Source: Chrysomallon squamiferum (lineage: Eukaryota > Animalia > Mollusca). Taken from it: a stretch of 64,000 bases of DNA. Location of the stretch: NCBI GenBank assembly GCA_012295275.1, contig CM022679.1:22258001-22322000 (forward strand), in the 5' to 3' direction. Positions within the stretch are counted from its first letter, which is position 1, and each line of letters starts with the position of its first letter. Both the position numbers and the translations under genes were made by a program. Below, piece by piece: positions 44,618 through 56,670 of this stretch. Below the pieces are notes generated by a model, which saw nothing but the letters and a program-made list of their open reading frames with translations, had not been told where the DNA came from and ran no database searches.

Positions 44618-45493
44618 TTTTTTTTTTTTTTTTTTTTTTTAACGTTTAAATTGTATTAGATGAATCTTGTTTCTTGGGAAAATAGAACATCTTCTAAATA
44701 CTTTTGCAATTGTAATGTCAACTGCTTTTCACGTACTTTTTAAATTAAGAATAATTAAATACGATCTAGTGCACATAAAAGGTAATATTAATTTTATTTT
44801 TGTCTATTCTCAGAATGGAATATATCATTACATACCGATGTTACAAAACACTGGCAAGATAACTTCCATGTTTCTTTTCGCGATACATTAAATCGTGTCA
44901 CTGTTAGACTTTGTTTATGAGACGTGTTTGTATAGATCCGTGTTAGATCCTTGCACATTTCCTGTTCGTGTGCTGCTATCAACTACGCTTACCGAGTATG
45001 TGACTGAAGACACAAATCTGAAACAACCACAAAAAGCCTGATCTCCTCAGTTAATTTAACTTTATATATATATATATTCGTGTGCTTAACATTTAACTCA
45101 TTGCTATAGAGTAGTTGTTGCTGTAGAAATATATAAAAAAATAAGTTTTCAGATTTTGTATTTATTTCAAACGAAACAAATCTAAAAGTATTATTAATTA
45201 TATTAAAGAATGCAGTGTCGTGAGAATTTACAACATTCACTCAGACATCATAACATTCAGGAAAGGTACTTTCGCGGAATTTTGAACTGGTGACAGCTAC
45301 ATACACATTCCCTCTGTCATCGAAATCGACCTCTCTGGAATTTTTGATCATATATTTCCATAAAATATTAATTATATATAAATATATTTACATCATTCAT
45401 AGTGTAGATTTCTCTTACATAAATAAAAGACTCGAACGTACTGTAAAATTCTTGAAACAAAAATCTTAAATATTAAATGGATTATAAAACAAC

Positions 45494-45580
<87 letters not shown>

Positions 45581-45983
45581 ACACATTTGAGTTCATTTGC
45601 TATATAGAACATGAAATGAAATAAACAGAAGTATTAAAGAAAAAGTACATATGCCTAGAATTATCAGGTAAGTAACTTCATTATAGTACACTGTATTTAA
45701 TAATAAAGTTACTAACAAAATGTGAAGTAACAGTGTTAATTATAATACTTGGAAACTGTAGAATTCTTAATAACTAACTAACCAACTAACCAACTAACTA
45801 ACTAAATAAATAAAAAGATATTAATGTAGGATTAGAAAATAGTTTTATTCAGTAAATTTCTGTTTGGTTTCTAAATACAAAATAATGTAAATAGGTTTAT
45901 ATTTCAGTTAAATAGATCAGAATTAAGTATGGTCTGGCTGCAGGAGTTTGTCTCTTATGAAGATGTCAAGTGTTTGTTAAATG

Positions 45984-46892
45984 TCACTGATATTTAAATA
46001 TCTTAATGAAACCAGAACGGCGTTCTGCTATGTATAAAAGCCCTTTGATAGAATCATATTGAAGTCCGCATGGAGCAATGATGTGATTACTACTTCTCAA
46101 AACTTCTTTGATAAATTTTCCATCTGGTGACAAGACAATCACTTTCGAAGAACTTTCTATAACTACATACACATTCCCTCTGTCGTCGAAATCGACCTCT
46201 TTGGAATTTTTGATCATATATTTCCATAAAAGTTTTCTTTGTTGTGTGATGCATATTAAACCAATCGTGTGATCAGAAACGAGTATGTTTCCTGTTGGCG
46301 TCAACTTAATAAACCTCGGCTGAACTGTGTATCTTTTGCCCGTTATATCGATATCCAAAGATTTAACGATATCGCCATTCATGTCAAAACGGACATTCCA
46401 CCTATGTAACCAATAAGTAATCGTTTCTGAAATCCTGACTGAGTGTTTGCCGTTATTGCATGAATGCCCAAAATGCGTCTCTTTATATTTATGGTTGAGT
46501 GAAGTCTCAAAGTAGGATTAACATTTATTATGTAGATCTTTGAAACTGAATAGCACGATACAGCGATCTGGTTTTCATTCAACTTCGTCACTTTGTGCGC
46601 GCAGTTTGTTTCTCCACTCATATCTAGTCTATTGCTGAACACTCTGTCATCAAGATAATCAAGCCAGATGGATTTGACACATTTGTTATTATAGTCAGTT
46701 AGAACAATGACGTCAGTATTGCCTTGTTTCAATAGAAGCATGTCATATATATTTGGAGCACCTTTATCGTCATTGGTTGTAATGTTAATGGTATTCACGA
46801 TGGAAAAATTCCTCTGGTTGACTGGTACATATCGTTTCCGGAAACCGTGTATAAATGTTATTAAATCTATAATAGAAAGGATTTATAATAAC

Positions 46893-46954
<62 letters not shown>

Positions 46955-47601
46955 TGATGATGATGATATACATATTGACAATATAAATAATTACAATATT
47001 ACAGTAGCGATATAAAAAGATTTTAAATTATACACAAAGAGACGCACGTAATTATAGATGATACATCTGCACATAAAAGCATGTATGCCTACCTATATAC
47101 ACGCACACAAACATACATATATATAAAATATAGAAATAAAGAGAGAAAGAGAGACAGACAGACAGACATTCCTGGTTTTAGATATCTTGTGATATTTAAA
47201 ACAAAATTACCTCCTGTGCGTCTTCTCAGTCCCAGTATTCTTGATAAATATGTCGACCTCATTAAATTTTTACTTTCCCCAGTCATATTTTCAACATTGC
47301 ATTTCTCAACACGAGTCTCGAAGATTTCCTTAGCAGCATCAATGTTTTCAGTTAAATCGTCGTGAGCAGATTTCATGCAAAACTTTTCATAATCAAGCCG
47401 GGTTTTCAGAGCAGAGATTTCGTCAGAGAGTTCGTTAAAAAGTGTTTTTAATTTTCCAAAGTCATCGACGAGACGTTTTGTGCTGTTAGTTCTCAATATG
47501 TCTGCATCTTCTGTCCGGTTTGTGGCGATAATGCAAAACGTCGAGTTAAATTTCAACAGGAACAAAATGAGAAGAGAATTCAGACACAACGTTGAAGCCA
47601 T
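45984..47601 (-). pseudogene. Gene C2: C paralog with a 1-bp frameshift at about 46386; exons 47601-47211 and 46866-45984
   Basis: ATGTCAAAACGG versus ATGTCGAAAACGG in C1; otherwise open with conserved splice sites. Could be a sequencing error. Confidence 0.75.
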
Positions 47602-47902
47602 GGCGACGTATTATGTCGAAATACAATGTTTTTAACTGAGTTTATATACTTTACTGACTGATTTGATTATGTGTAACATAATACGAAATATTATTAAGTA
47701 AACAACCGCTCCTTAACAAAACAAGCAAAAAAACAAGAAAAAAACAATAAACAAGACAACATTAATGATAACTAGGAGGTTGTGGTTGCAGAATGTCTTA
47801 AAGACAATGTATTCGCATTAACAGTTATATTTTCAACGTTAAATTAACACAGCGTATTGCTGATGAAAATATTACAACAAAAGTGTGACGATATAGAAAA
47901 GG

Positions 47903-47947
<45 letters not shown>

Positions 47948-48414
47948 GTACTAACATAAATCAATATATGTATCATGGAACTAAACTCTAATTCAGCTAC
48001 AAGCAAATAAGGGATTCCGATAAATATATTTAATTTACCTTAACATTTTGTGCGCAGTATACATATCACGTAATTCCATCTAATTCAGCTACAGTTGTGT
48101 AACAGGATTCTGATAAATGTAATTGTTAATAAAGAAAGAAAAGATAAGTCAGATGTATTAATTTCCATTTAGTCCGGTTATGAATGTTGTTTGTAATGTA
48201 AGACTTTGCTGATATGCACATTGCTATCAGTAATGATTCTGATTCGTGTGTGGGACTTAAAAACATTTTTATGTTTACGCAACTGTTATCTGAATATATG
48301 ATTTCAGTTTGAAATATTATATTAGTTAATATTATATTACGTGTATATAAAACATGAAAAAAGAACAATAACATCCATACGTTTAGAAATATCTCTTTAT
48401 AATAGCACACATTA

Positions 48415-48835
48415 ATGATGATTGAAAATCTCCTCTGTTTTGTATTTTCTTTTTCTTCTTCTTCTTTTTTTTGTTAAATAACAACCTTTTCTCACTGTAT
48501 TCTAAGTATTGGAATTTGACACTATTTTACACGTGAAAAGAGTTAACGAAACTGACACTTTAAAAGATTATTTGGAGAAAATAGAAGATCTCTTATAATA
48601 ACTTTGTGATAAAGTAGTAAAATTTCAAAACTAGTCTTGGATTCGAGAAACTACGTTGAGTTTTGTATGCAGTCTACTCTAGAAATATTGTCAAAACAAA
48701 TTAAAGTTTTCACAGAGATATTCTGGAAAGAATATTAAAATATGCAGTGAAGACCTATCTGATAATAGTAAAAGTTCTCTAATGTTGAATAAGTTAGCTA
48801 TGATTTTGGGAGTCAGAAGATATTTAGCAAGCAAG
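48415..48835 (+). pseudogene. Decayed exon-1 relic of a further subfamily
   Basis: Manual translation: TDTLKDYLEKIEDLL**LCDKV..KTSLGFEKL..FCMQSTLEILSKQIKVFTEIFWKE..SKSSLMLNKLAMILGVRR; compare NLGYEKILNLCLESAREVFSKQ in A and ILGLRRR in C2. Confidence 0.72.
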
Positions 48836-49089
48836 TAATATTATATAAGTACAAAGTCTGCAGAAGGTATAGTGGTTATGAACTGTTATTACAAGGACCG
48901 TTATTTAAATACCTTCTTTATTTTTATTTTTATTTGTGGGATGGGTCCATTTAAATTAAAGATTTTAAGAATCTCATAGGATAAATTATAATTAGGCAAA
49001 CAATTAATTTCCAGTGATTCTAAATCGTTTTACGATATGCCTTTCAAAATAATATATTCTTTTCATTTTCAAATGATGGTTAATTAAGG

Positions 49090-49370
49090 TGTTTTGTCAT
49101 AATGAAATGTGGCTGTAAGGAAAGAAACTGTGGATTTACACTGTATTATTCCACAAGATTTCTCTGTTCTGTCTGATACAAATCAAACCAAGACAAGTAT
49201 ATGTCCAGCAGGTGTTAATTTGAAATAATAAGGATATTTAGTACATCATTTACCAATAATATCAGTATCAGTTGATTTCCTGATATCAATTAACATGTTT
49301 ACGATTGACAGACCATCTTTGTTGCTGACCATATATATCGAGATCCACATCCACCTGTGTTTTTAATTGC
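49090..49370 (-). pseudogene. Decayed propeller exon-2 fragment
   Basis: MVSNKDGLSIVNMLIDIRKSTDTDIIGK*CTKYPYYFKLTPAGHILV..GLICIRQNREILW aligns to GLSVINLKGELVKTMDMDITGRNYTKYPRFLTLTPAGNVII in A. Confidence 0.78.
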
Positions 49371-49563
49371 TATTCTCCTCTTTCACATCAAACATGGCGA
49401 CAGCTGTGGCTATCGGTAGACATTTGAATAAGATTTGAAGTGAAAAAAAAAATCAACATTTCATGCAAGATATCTATTTTAAGCAGAAACCTTTCTCTGA
49501 AATGTCATCGGAAAATTGATTATTATTTTTATTATTATTCTGATATATATGTATGTATATATG

Positions 49564-49630
<67 letters not shown>

Positions 49631-50042
49631 GTATATATATATAAAAAGCTTAAAAACAAAGAAAAACAAGACACAGAAAATCACTGACACATTGTTTCTT
49701 GTTAGACGCTCATGTTTTGTACATTTTTATTCTTTTAAATGTTTTGGTTACATTGTGTTCCTCTTTTCTAAAGCTGACTTCTCAAAACTTTCATTGGTAC
49801 AGTCATCATAAGAGGGTCATCTTAGAACATTGCTATTTTTCAAAATTATCATATAAGTGCAATATATCTTTACAGATAAGAATGAGTCTCAATAAAGGTA
49901 CAAAGTCTGCAGAAGGTATGGTGATTATACAGTTATTTCAGTAAGATTGTGAAGCTTTCCTTGCCATTTAAATTTTATGGACTTTAATGATCAGTTTTTG
50001 ATCAGTCACATCAGACACAGTTGTCGCCCATGCCAATTCGAC

Positions 50043-52205
50043 TCAGTTCGCGATGGTAGCGACATCTTCCGAGGAATATTTCTCCGCTTTCGTCGTTTTA
50101 CTCTCAGAGGTAACTTCACGGCGAAACACTTGTTTTTTGATCAGACAGCGAACTCGTTTCGTCATGGAGAAGGACAGAAATATGAAGAGACCTTGCAAAG
50201 TGTTGAGGACGATGAACAGATACCAGAGGACGGGGTGCGAGACGAACGCAGCGACAAATCCAGTGATCCACGTTAGACCCACCACGATGAACAGTTTCAC
50301 GTACACGACAACGTCGGTGTTGTCGTCGTTCCCTAGCTGACGGGCAGACGACGATTTGGAACGATAGATGCTGACGGCGGTGGAAGTGAACAGAAAGGAA
50401 TTTACGAGGATGATCAGAAACAATGGTACGGCGAAGAAGATTAACAGAGCGTTCTTGTTCGTGAGCCAGCAGATTCCATTTCCATAATTTGGCGTGAATT
50501 CAGAGGAGCTTGCCAAGTATTCGACTGTGACTGCGGCAGACACGATAAGTGCAGGTCCAGTCCAGCAGTAAATGCTAAAGAACTGGAATCTAGTTGACGA
50601 CCTGTCGTATGCTCTCGCTTGAAGAAACGATTTCGAAAAGGTCAGCCAAACATCGATGGCCATGGCGTTCATCCAGAAAAAAGCTGACAGGAAGAAATAG
50701 TGCATACCTATGGCTACACCTCGACAGACTTCTCTTAAGAAAGAAATCTCAGGTCCTATCAACATCAGAGATTCTGCAACGAAAAGTGAACAGCTCAGAG
50801 AGATTAAACATCTTCCTGGAGTGTTTTGTAGAGTCTTTATAGTCAGATACACAACAGTGTTAGCAAACAAAGCAACGAGAGACACAGTCAGGCCGCTCAA
50901 AGTAACGATTACTTGTGGACGTGAGAATGTAAATGTAATTACCAGCTTTTCAACAGTCTTTACTGAAGTGAAATTCTGAGTCAGAGTAGAGCAAACGAAA
51001 GCAGTATTATTTTTGATATAATACTCCGAATCTGCATACACATTTCCAGACGACAGTTCTATCAGGCTGCCATTCTCCAGAATATTATATTCAGACTGAT
51101 CAAGTTGTCTACGAAGACAGTCAAACTGTGCACGAGTTGAAGTGTTAGCGATACAGTTCCTGGAAATTAGGACGAAGTTTTCACCACACACAATTTTCTC
51201 ACAAATCGAGGAAAATGGGTTGTAGACTTCGTCTTGTTCACAAGTGAGTACATTTGTGAGATTTCTGGAAACCTTCTTGTATCCTTTCTCTCCGATGGTT
51301 GTGACGCCTGTGCCAATGTTTATGTCGAAAAGCATGGAGAATGGGTAATATAGAATTCGATCACCTGAAGTTATACCTATCTTACCGCATACGAATATGG
51401 TTTGAAAATTACACGTCACGCAATATTTGTTTTTGTAAATAAGCTGGTCAGGAAAAGCGGTGACTATTTGCATGTTGTTAGAGTTTTCGCACTGCTCGAT
51501 GACGTTGGACCCGTTGAATGATTCGCTGCACGTCTTAATCACTGGATCTTCTTCAAAACAAAATCTGTAGTCGATGTCTGGCGCGGGAGACCTGTACCTT
51601 AACAAACAACTTTTCAGTAGGAGAAGCTCTTCAAACGTTAACGTGTCGTTTACGACATTCGCACATACGACCTCGTGTTTCCAGAACAAGTAGTCAGTGT
51701 CGTGACACATCGCACAGTAACTGTTCTTGTACATTAGACCGGTCTTCATGCCGGTCACTGGAGTGTCGCGTAGTATTTGATCGGGACCAGTTCTCGGCTC
51801 TTCACACAGTCTCCGAATGTCGTCCTCAGTCCACGATTTGGGACATTTGTTTACAAAGTAGATGGGACTTATGAAGTTAACGTTTGAAAACAATTCGCAA
51901 GTCACAGAATCCAAGATAGACGGAGTCAAATCAGCCGCATGAATGTTAGTCCCAGGTTCGGCATCGTAACAACAGTCTTTGAAAAACGAGCAGAATGCGT
52001 CACAGGAGCAGACGAATGTCTGCAAGATGTACTTTCTGTCTCTGGTGTCTTCAAGTCGTGTTGTGTAATTGAAACAAGAATCGTGGCCATAGCATTTAAC
52101 ATCAAAATGACCGCTTAAAATATTTTCTTCCAGTACAGGCAGTCTAAAGGCTTTCGTGTTAAACACAACCAAATACAGTGTGAGGATAAACAATGGACAG
52201 TCCAT
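50043..52205 (-). CDS. Class B/Methuselah-like GPCR with SMB-like Cys-rich ectodomain, 720 aa, uninterrupted CDS (GPCR2)
   Basis: Signal peptide, CSCDAFCSFFKDCCYD, YKN.YC..C repeats and 7TM motifs (HYFFLSAFFWMNAMAID, GLTW, NTLQGLFIF); collinear with GPCR1. Confidence 0.92.
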   Translation of the reverse strand: MDCPLFILTLYLVVFNTKAFRLPVLEENILSGHFDVKCYGHDSCFNYTTRLEDTRDRKYILQTFVCSCDAFCSFFKDCCYDAEPGTNIHAADLTPSILDSVTCELFSNVNFISPIYFVNKCPKSWTEDDIRRLCEEPRTGPDQILRDTPVTGMKTGLMYKNSYCAMCHDTDYLFWKHEVVCANVVNDTLTFEELLLLKSCLLRYRSPAPDIDYRFCFEEDPVIKTCSESFNGSNVIEQCENSNNMQIVTAFPDQLIYKNKYCVTCNFQTIFVCGKIGITSGDRILYYPFSMLFDINIGTGVTTIGEKGYKKVSRNLTNVLTCEQDEVYNPFSSICEKIVCGENFVLISRNCIANTSTRAQFDCLRRQLDQSEYNILENGSLIELSSGNVYADSEYYIKNNTAFVCSTLTQNFTSVKTVEKLVITFTFSRPQVIVTLSGLTVSLVALFANTVVYLTIKTLQNTPGRCLISLSCSLFVAESLMLIGPEISFLREVCRGVAIGMHYFFLSAFFWMNAMAIDVWLTFSKSFLQARAYDRSSTRFQFFSIYCWTGPALIVSAAVTVEYLASSSEFTPNYGNGICWLTNKNALLIFFAVPLFLIILVNSFLFTSTAVSIYRSKSSSARQLGNDDNTDVVVYVKLFIVVGLTWITGFVAAFVSHPVLWYLFIVLNTLQGLFIFLSFSMTKRVRCLIKKQVFRREVTSESKTTKAEKYSSEDVATIAN

Positions 52206-52960
52206 TTTTATCTTCTTTTTATTCCCTGCTTCCTAAACTATGAAATGGGTAGCTGCTCTATTCTGAATACAGGCAACAAATGAGTGATTTGTCGATATAG
52301 TTATTTCAATGAAGAATTTTTTGAACTAATAATTATTTTTCCTTCACACGTCCAAAAATTTGCAAGTGAATTAACTCACGAAAAGGGATATTATAAGGAT
52401 AGAAAATCACCATAGTTCTAACGTTTTAAACTTAAAGTTCTAGTCAGTTGAACCGCTTGTCAAAATACCTGCAATATTAAAAAAAATAATAATAAAAAAA
52501 AGATTTTAAAAAAACGACTGGGTTTTGCACAAAACATATCTTACAATCAAAAAACGAAAGTGTTTAGCTCTTTTGGAAGGCTCACTACAGACAACTCTGT
52601 GAATAAACGTGTTTTTATAAATGCGAGAAAAAGCTTAAATAACAAGAATAAAATTTTCAGTCCCGATTGGTCGTTTTTGTTTTGTCAATCGTTTCCCATC
52701 GCCACACCTCCAAAATAAATAAATTAATTAATTTTCAGATATCAGTGTTTCCCATAACAATTTTTGCTACTTTTTGGATTTATTTTGAAGTTTTATTTCG
52801 CATTTTACGACAACTTTTCGTATAGCTCTTTTCATCCAACAAAATAAACAGACTTGTAATATAAATCTTTAAACGAACTAGATATCCACAAGGATTAACA
52901 TTACCTAACTCACAAAGTCTTAGCATTATTTATAAATCTCTAGCGGACTCATACGTAAAA

Positions 52961-53945
52961 TATCTGTAGCCAGACTGGTGTCTTATTAATCATATATCTG
53001 TAGACAGACTGGGGACTTATTAATCATATCTCTGTAGACAGACTGGTGTCTTATAATCATATCTCTGTAGACAGACTGGTGTCTTATTAATCATACATCT
53101 GTAGACAGACTGGTGTCTTATTAATCATATCTCTGTAGACAGACTGGTGTCTTATTAATCATATCTCTGTAGACAGACTGGTATCTTATTAATCATATCT
53201 CTGTAGACAGACTGGTGTCTTATTAATCATACATCTGTAGCCAGACTGGTATCTTATTAATCATATCTCTGTAGACAGACAGGTGTCTTATTAATCATAT
53301 CTCTGTAGACAGACTGGTGTCTTATTAATCATATATCTGTTGACAGACAGGTGTCTTATTAATCATACATCTGTAGACAGACTGGTGTCTTATTAATCAT
53401 ACATCTGTAGCCAGACTGGTATCTTATTAATCATATCTCTGTAGACAGACTGGTGTCTTATTAATCATATCTCTGTAGACAGACTGGTGTCTTATTAATC
53501 ATACATCTGTAGCCAGACTGGTATCTTATTAATCATACATCTGTAGACAGACTGGTGTCTTATTAATCATATCTCTGTAGACAGACTGGTGTCTTATTAA
53601 TCATACATCTGTAGACAGACTGGTGTCTTATTAATCATATCTCTGTAGACAGACTGGTGTCTTATTAATCATACATCTGTAGACAGACTGGTGTCTTATT
53701 AATCATATATCTGTAGATAGACTGGTGTCTTATTAATCATATATATGTAGATAGACTGGTGTCTTATTAATCATATCTCTGTAGACAGACTGGTGTCTTA
53801 TTAATCATACATCTGTAGACAGACTGGTGTCTTATTAATCATATATCTGTAGATAGACTGGTGTCTTATTAATCATATATATATGTAGACAGACTGGTGT
53901 CTTATTAATCATATATCTGTGGATAGACTCGTGTCTTATTAATGA
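52961..53945. repeat. 34-bp minisatellite, about 29 copies (consensus CTGTAGACAGACTGGTGTCTTATTAATCATATCT)
   Basis: Head-to-tail units 34 bp apart (e.g. 52964, 52998) with few variant sites and no spacers; followed by (TATC)n. Confidence 0.96.
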
Positions 53946-53981
53946 TACATTTATATCTATATCTATTTCTCTGTATATCTG

Positions 53982-54027
<46 letters not shown>

Positions 54028-54848
54028 CTATGATTAATAACAGCATATAGCATACTTGACATCCATCGTTTTCTTTTTACATACATCTTTCGTTTTAGAG
54101 TATAAGATATATCTTCCATCTTTACACGCACCCATACACACACGCAACTGGGAATACACAACCCTTCACCCGCAAAAAACGTACTATACCTGTACTTTTC
54201 CAGCTCTTCAAAAACGGAAACCGGTTTCAGTGCCACTAAATCCCCTATCCTTTGAACCGAAAGCTTGTTTACGCAGTTCCCTTTGACAATGCTAGAGCGT
54301 ATTTGATTCTGAAAATTATACGACTTTTAGAACTCTTTTTTTTTTTTTTAACGATTGATTAATCTACTTCTACTTTTATCATACAGGCACGGGAGGATTC
54401 ATTAAAGTATCTTCTGTTAATTAAAATCCCTGCATGAAAGAGAGTTATATTAATTAAAAGAATTTCAAAACAAATAGATTAATTTTATTACTAAAACGTA
54501 TTAACAGGTTCGTGATCTGCAAAATCTCTAGTACTAAAATTAATACTGTGTTATTTTATTGTCATTGATCATAAAAAGAATTGTGTTCGTGCAGTAGTAC
54601 ATAATTACATATATTCTTTTGTTTGTAACACAAATGTTCTCTTTATTTTATTTTTTCCCCAACACACGCAAGACTCTACGATATACTAAACAAAACAAAA
54701 TTAGGGATCATGAAATATTTTCATATATGAAACGAAATAATTATCCAGGGATATTAATTCACTCTTAATAAACATATTCAAATAATTTTGCTTGTTTTTT
54801 GTTTTATTTATTTAATTATTTGTTTATTTATTTATTATTTTGTTTTAC

Positions 54849-54885
<37 letters not shown>

Positions 54886-55419
54886 GTTCCATTTTTCATA
54901 CCTAATGTTGAAATATTTTAAACAAAAGATATTTTAATGTAAAGAACGACAATATCATGTTTTTTTTTAACAATAATAACTAAAATAAGAAGCGAAATAA
55001 TTTTAGAAAAAGTAATTTCAATTCCAGAATTTTTATTGTACCACCAACTAAAAATAGCAAGATAGATCAAAGAAATGTCAATGAATTTTCAAGATTGTTA
55101 ATTGTTTCAATTTTGGGGGGATAAAAAGAGAGGGAAAAAAGAATCAATTATACATACACATTTGATTTAAACAAATCTCGAGCAGAATATCGCAATTCAT
55201 TGAAAATTAAAATAATATGAAATCTTGATTGCAAATTAATCGAATTAGGTAACGAAAACAAGATTTAAACATTATTTTTAAGGCTACTTTTATACAAGCA
55301 TACATAAATATTTTGTGAATGAAATTGAATGTAGATAAAGAAAGATACTTTTTGATCCAGATGTTGAATAACGTATTTAATTGTAAATATCTTTTGCCAT
55401 TTTCTTTTTTTTACAGTTT

Positions 55420-55507
<88 letters not shown>

Positions 55508-56670
55508 GCACTTTATTTAAACATTGTTATATTTACATCTATTAGAAAGGATATATAAATTTATAAAGAAAGAAAGAAAGAAAGAAAGAAAGAGGGAAAG
55601 AAAGAAGTAAAGAAAGAAATAAAAAAAAGAAACGATAGAATAAAAGAAAGAAAAACTTGTTTAAACCTACATATTTTAGGACAGCTTTTTAGAAGACCCT
55701 TTTGTATAAAATAACTTTGTCATAATCTGATAATTGTCAAAAGTGAAATTTAAAATAAACTGTTCACCCGATGTTGTTCTGTAACATCAGAAAAAATTCA
55801 AAAAAAAATTCAAAATAAAATCATACAAAAAAAAAAAAAAAAAAAAAAAAATGTTTTAAAATAAAATAAAATAGAATCGATAACATTACGGTTTTAATGT
55901 TGTTATTTGTAATAAAAAGTATAATCCTTGACTATATTGTTGACTTTGTGTTTTTTGTTTGCTGTTTTTATGTCGCATTTAAAAGTACAGACCAGCGGTA
56001 AAATATCCGACCAATCCAGTTGATTTTGTTTTACGACATATCAGATGACAGATGACGAAATCTACCAAACCCTCAATTAGTCTTAGACAATTCAAAATGT
56101 TAATGTTGAATGAAATTAGCTCTATTAATTTGCTTTACATTTTCTGAACTATTTTCTGGATTTAAAACGTAAAATTGTTTTTTTTTTTTTTTTTTTCAGA
56201 AACTTAAGAATATATATCCAGAGTTTTAGACTTTAAAAATATATTTTGTGTTTAGTTTTAAAAATTATTGACAGCATTTAGATTTGGACATCTTAAAGTT
56301 ATAAAGTTAATTTAAATTTGATCGAATAATATGTATTCATTTTCTGAATAAATATATTGGAATAAAACAAAGTTCGACGAACTTGAAAATTATAAAGGAA
56401 CAATTGAAGAACCTCTAGTTTTCAACAACAAAAAAGTATTTTAATGGTCTCCGATATCTTTTTTCCAGCAATTTCTTTCTAGTGATCTAAACATAGTCGA
56501 AATTTGATCAGGTTCCATAGTTTCTTTATTTCTGAATATCTTTCGGATTAAAAAAAAAAAAAAAAAATCAAATTTTCAAACTAATTGAAATGAATTTCTA
56601 ATTTGAATTAATGTTAGGTTTCGAAAGAACAGTTTCACCAAAAAATTAATAATAAATAAAATAAAATAAA

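Noticed and set aside
49977-50979. Antisense ORFs overlapping the GPCRs (also 6459-8024 and 57008-58777)
   Set aside because: Shadow ORFs of GC-richer coding sequence with no independent features.
52961-53945. CRISPR-like array of ~34-bp repeats
   Set aside because: Units are contiguous with no unique spacers, there are no cas genes, and the context is eukaryotic; it is a minisatellite.
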